Source: an uncultured Thermus sp. | GTDB taxonomy: Bacteria > Deinococcota > Deinococci > Deinococcales > Thermaceae | Direction: 5' to 3' | Length of the DNA: 64,000 bases | Assembly (NCBI GenBank): GCA_947085095.1 | Contig: CAMTVD010000006.1 | Span: 1-64,000, forward strand | Part shown: positions 58,465-64,000 of the stretch, in pieces | How the letters are laid out: every line of letters starts with the position of its first letter | Numbering within the stretch: position 1 is the first letter of the stretch | The notes under the pieces: generated by a model | What the model was told of the DNA's origin: nothing | Seen by the model: only the letters and a program-made list of their open reading frames with translations | Database searches by the model: none | Translations under genes and position numbers: made by a program

Positions 58465-60641
58465 TGGAAACCTTAGCCCAGGAGATCGGCATCCCCGAGG
58501 GGGAGTACCAGGAAATCCTGAAACGGCTGGGCCGGGCGCCCAACCGGGTGGAACTCCTCCTCTTCAAGGTGATGTGGAGCGAGCACTGCGCCTACAAGAA
58601 CTCCCGCCCCCTCCTCAAGGAGCTTCCCAAGGAGGGGGAGGCGGTTTTGCAGGGCCCTGGGGAGAACGCGGGCGTGGTGCGGATTGGGGAAGGGTGGGCC
58701 GTGGCCTTCAAGATAGAAAGCCACAACCACCCCTCGGCGGTGGAGCCCTTCCAGGGGGCGGCCACCGGGGTGGGGGGGATCATCCGGGACATCATGAGCA
58801 TGGGAGCGAGGCCCATCGCCCTCCTGGACTCCCTGCGCTTTGGCCCGCCCGATAGCCCCAGAAACCGCTACCTCCTCAAGGGGGTGGTCTCCGGCATCGC
58901 CTTCTACGGCAACGCCATCGGGGTGCCCACGGTGGGGGGGGACCTCTACTTCCACGAGGGCTACGGGGAAAATCCCCTGGTGAACGCCATGTGCCTGGGC
59001 CTTTTACGGGAGGAGAACCTCAAGCGGAGCCGGGCTTCCTTGGGCCGGCCCATCTACTACGCCGGGGCCAAGACGGGCCGGGACGGGATCGGGGGGGCGG
59101 CCTTCGCCAGCCGGGAGCTCAAGGAGGAGAAGGAGGAGGACCGCCCGGCGGTGCAGGTGGGGGACCCCTTCCTGGGCAAGCTCCTCCTGGAGGCCACCCT
59201 CGAGGCCATAGAAAAGGACCTGGTGGAGGGGGTCCAGGACATGGGGGCGGCGGGGCTCACCAGTAGCCTCGCCGAGCTCGCCCACAAGTCGGGCCTGGGG
59301 GTGGAGCTGGAGCTGGACCGGGTCCCCACCCGGGAAACGGGCATGGCCCCCGAGGAGCTCCTCCTTTCCGAAAGCCAGGAGCGCATGGTCCTGGTGCCCC
59401 GGGAAGGGAAGGAAGCCGAGCTGGAGGCGATCTTCCGGAGGTGGGGCCTGGACTGCGTCCCCGTGGCCAGGACCATCCCGGAAAGGGTCTTCCGGGTCCT
59501 CTTCGGGGGCCAGGTGGTGGCCGAGGTGCCCACGGAGGCCCTGGCCGAAGCCCCCCTTTACGTGCGCCTGGCCCAGGAGGACCCGAAAATAAAGGCCCTT
59601 CGGGAAACCCCCCTCCCCCCCCTGGAGGTGGACCCGAAGGAGGCCCTTTTAAGGCTCCTCGCCTCCCCCAACCTCGCAAGCCGGGAGGCCGTTTACGAGC
59701 GGTACGACCACCAGGTGGGGACCCGCACCGCCCTGGTCCCGGGGAAGGGGGACGCCGCCGTCCTCTGGGTGAAGGGCACTCCCTTGGGCATCGCCGCCAA
59801 GGTGGACCAGAACCCCCGCTATAGCCGCCTCCACCCCCGGCTTGGGGCCATGCACGCCCTGGCGGAGGCGGCCAGGAACGTGAGCGTGGTGGGGGCGAGG
59901 CCCCTCGCCTACACCGACGGCCTCAACCTGGGAAGCCCCGAGACCCCCGAGGGCTACCACGAGCTCCAGGAGACCATCCTGGGCCTGAAGGAGGCCAGCC
60001 TTGCCCTGGGGATCCCCGTGGTCTCCGGGAACGTCTCCCTCTATAACGAGGCCATGGGGAAGCGCATCCCCCCCACGGCCATGGTGGGGGTGGTGGGGGT
60101 CCTGGACGTGAGGAAGCGGGCGGAGATGGGCTTCAGGCACCCCGGGGAGGTGATCCTCCTCATCGGGGAGGAAAGGGGCCATTTCGGGGGGAGCGAGGCC
60201 CTCTACGTCCTCCTGGGCCTCGAGGCGGGAAGCCCCCCACCCATAGACTGGGAGCGGGAAAGGAAAGCCCAGGAGGCCATCCGCAAGCTCATCGGAGAGG
60301 GCCTGGTGAAGACCGCCCACGACGTGGCGGAAGGGGGGCTTCTCGTGGCCCTGGCGGAGATGACCTTCCCCTACGGGATGGGGGCCACGGTGGAGATTAG
60401 GGAAAGGGGCCTACAGGCCCTCTTCGGTGAGGCCCCCAGCCGCATCCTCTTCACCGTGGACAAAGGGCACCTCCTGGAGGCCACCCGGCTTCTGGAAGGG
60501 GCGGGCCTCCCCTACCGCATCCTGGGGGAGACGGGGGGGAAGACCCTCACGGTCCTCACCCCGGAGGGGGTGGTAGAGTGGGAGGTGGACGAGCTTCTCT
60601 CGGCCTGGAAGGCTCCTTTGCGGGAGGTGCTGGATGGATAA
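58464..60641 (+). CDS. purL: FGAM synthase subunit PurL
   Basis: MWSEHCAYK, ESHNHPS, DMGAAGL, SESQERM, SGNVSLYN. Confidence 0.98.
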   Translation: METLAQEIGIPEGEYQEILKRLGRAPNRVELLLFKVMWSEHCAYKNSRPLLKELPKEGEAVLQGPGENAGVVRIGEGWAVAFKIESHNHPSAVEPFQGAATGVGGIIRDIMSMGARPIALLDSLRFGPPDSPRNRYLLKGVVSGIAFYGNAIGVPTVGGDLYFHEGYGENPLVNAMCLGLLREENLKRSRASLGRPIYYAGAKTGRDGIGGAAFASRELKEEKEEDRPAVQVGDPFLGKLLLEATLEAIEKDLVEGVQDMGAAGLTSSLAELAHKSGLGVELELDRVPTRETGMAPEELLLSESQERMVLVPREGKEAELEAIFRRWGLDCVPVARTIPERVFRVLFGGQVVAEVPTEALAEAPLYVRLAQEDPKIKALRETPLPPLEVDPKEALLRLLASPNLASREAVYERYDHQVGTRTALVPGKGDAAVLWVKGTPLGIAAKVDQNPRYSRLHPRLGAMHALAEAARNVSVVGARPLAYTDGLNLGSPETPEGYHELQETILGLKEASLALGIPVVSGNVSLYNEAMGKRIPPTAMVGVVGVLDVRKRAEMGFRHPGEVILLIGEERGHFGGSEALYVLLGLEAGSPPPIDWERERKAQEAIRKLIGEGLVKTAHDVAEGGLLVALAEMTFPYGMGATVEIRERGLQALFGEAPSRILFTVDKGHLLEATRLLEGAGLPYRILGETGGKTLTVLTPEGVVEWEVDELLSAWKAPLREVLDG

Positions 60642-62021
60642 GCCACAGGAGGAGTGCGGCGTCCTGGGCCTTTGGGCGGAAACCCCTCTGGACGTGGCGG
60701 GGTTGCTCCACCTGGGCCTCCTCGCCCTCCAGCACCGGGGGCAGGAGGCCGCAGGGATGGCGGTCTCCGACGGGCAGGAGTTCCTGGCGGAGAAGGACCT
60801 GGGCCTGGTGAACCAGGTCTTCACCGAGGAGCGCCTTCTCCGGCTCCGCCTCCCCGGGGGCCGAATGGGCATCGCCCACACCCGCTACTCCACCACGGGC
60901 TCCAACCTCCGCTTCAACGCCCAGCCCCTCACCGCCAGGACCGCCCACGGGGTCCTGGCCATCGCCCACAACGGGAACTTCGTGAACGCCAAGCCCCTCC
61001 GCGACCGCCTCCTGAAGGAGGGGGCCACCTTCCAAAGCACCACGGACACCGAGGTCATGCTCCTCCTCCTGGCCCGCCTGGCCCACCTCCCCCTGCCCCA
61101 GGCGGCGACGGAGGCCATGAGGGCCCTCGAGGGGGGGTATTCCATCCTCCTCATGGACCGGAAAACCCTCCTCGCCCTCCGCGACCCCCACGGGGTGCGC
61201 CCCCTGGTCATCGGCAAGGCCCCCTGGGGCTACGCCTTCGCCTCCGAGGCCCCGGCCTTGGAGCTTTTGGGGGCCACCTACCTGCGGGACGTCCGCCCCG
61301 GGGAGGTGGTCTGGGTGGAGGAGGGGGAGCTAAGAAGCCTCCAGGTCCTCCCCCCAAGCCCCACCCCCTGCGCCTTTGAGTGGATCTACTTCGCCCGGCC
61401 GGATAGCCTCCTGGACGGGGTGGAGGCCTACCAGGCCCGGGTCCGCATGGGGGAGGAGCTCTTCCGGGAGGCCCCGGCGGAGGCGGACATCGTGGTCCCG
61501 GTGCCTGACTCCGGCATGGGGGCCGCCGTGGGCTACGCCCGGGCAAGTGGCCTCCCCCTGGAGTACGGGCTCTACAAGAACCCCTACGCCGGGCGCACCT
61601 TCATCCAGCCCACCCAGGAGCTCAGGGACCTGAAGACCCGCCTCAAGCTCGCCCCCACCTCGGCCGTCAAGGGCAGGCGGGTGGTCCTCATTGACGACTC
61701 CATCGTGCGGGGCACCACCAGCAAGCGCATCGTGGGGATGCTGAAGGAGGCGGGGGCCAAGGAGGTCCACTTCCGCGTTTCTAGTCCCCCCATCCGCTTC
61801 CCCTGCTACTACGGCATAGACACCGCCGCCAGAAAGGAGCTCATCGCCGCGGAAAAGAGCGTGGAGGAGATAAGGGCCTATATCGGGGCCGACTCCCTGG
61901 CCTTCCTCTCCGAGGAGGGGGTGCGGCGGGCCATCGGGGGGCCGGTGTGCCTGGCCTGCTTCAACGGCCGCTACCCCGCCGGGGTGCCTGAGGCAGGGGA
62001 GAAGCTCGCCCTGGAACTGGG

Positions 62022-62025
<4 letters not shown>
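60634..62025 (+). CDS. purF: Amidophosphoribosyltransferase
   Basis: EECG, LQHRGQE, HTRYST, DDSIVRGTT, PCYYGID. Confidence 0.98.
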
Positions 62026-63951
<1,926 letters not shown>

Positions 63952-63955
<4 letters not shown>

Positions 63956-64000
63956 TCCAGGCCCCACGCCCATGAAGGCCGCGATCTCCTCCGGGGCGGC
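63952..64000 (-). pseudogene. Possible 3' end of an antitoxin gene, apparently also frameshifted
   Basis: AAPEEIAAF in one frame and AWGLE* in another; the stop overlaps the PIN GTG. Only 49 nt visible. Confidence 0.35.

Overview
High-GC (roughly 68-70%) chromosomal segment of a Thermus-like bacterium (Deinococcota), judged from gene content and protein sequences. Housekeeping genes: pyrG, rplM-rpsI, AddAB-type helicase-nuclease, hemB/hemA/hemD, ybaB-recR, tmk, APRT plus an APRT homolog, mtaB, a class II ribonucleotide reductase with two LAGLIDADG inteins and tandem NrdR boxes, trpF, EF-G2, ppsA, purB/C/S/Q/L/F and glyA. Accessory or decaying DNA: a type I R-M hsdM with hsdS cut by an IS630-family element (left edge), an internally deleted SPFH pseudogene, and a frameshifted PIN toxin (right edge). 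Most interesting observations: (1) a HIP1-like iterated palindrome CCTCGAGG that holds nearly all TCGA sites in otherwise TCGA-avoiding DNA; (2) three tandem Roadblock/LAMTOR2 genes plus DUF3467, with no GTPase, coupled to ybaB-recR; (3) an operon joining PP2C, an NHL-repeat Ser/Thr kinase, a two-component pair and two exported proteins, divergent from an unknown internally repeated 570-aa protein; (4) a SHOCT/DUF4097/DUF2089 operon with tandem candidate operators; (5) a CIRCE-like element before a cysteine-free FmdB-family gene; (6) a probable CTG start codon; (7) many leaderless and back-to-back promoters. No tRNA, rRNA or CRISPR array was seen. All calls come from reading motifs by eye; no database search was run.
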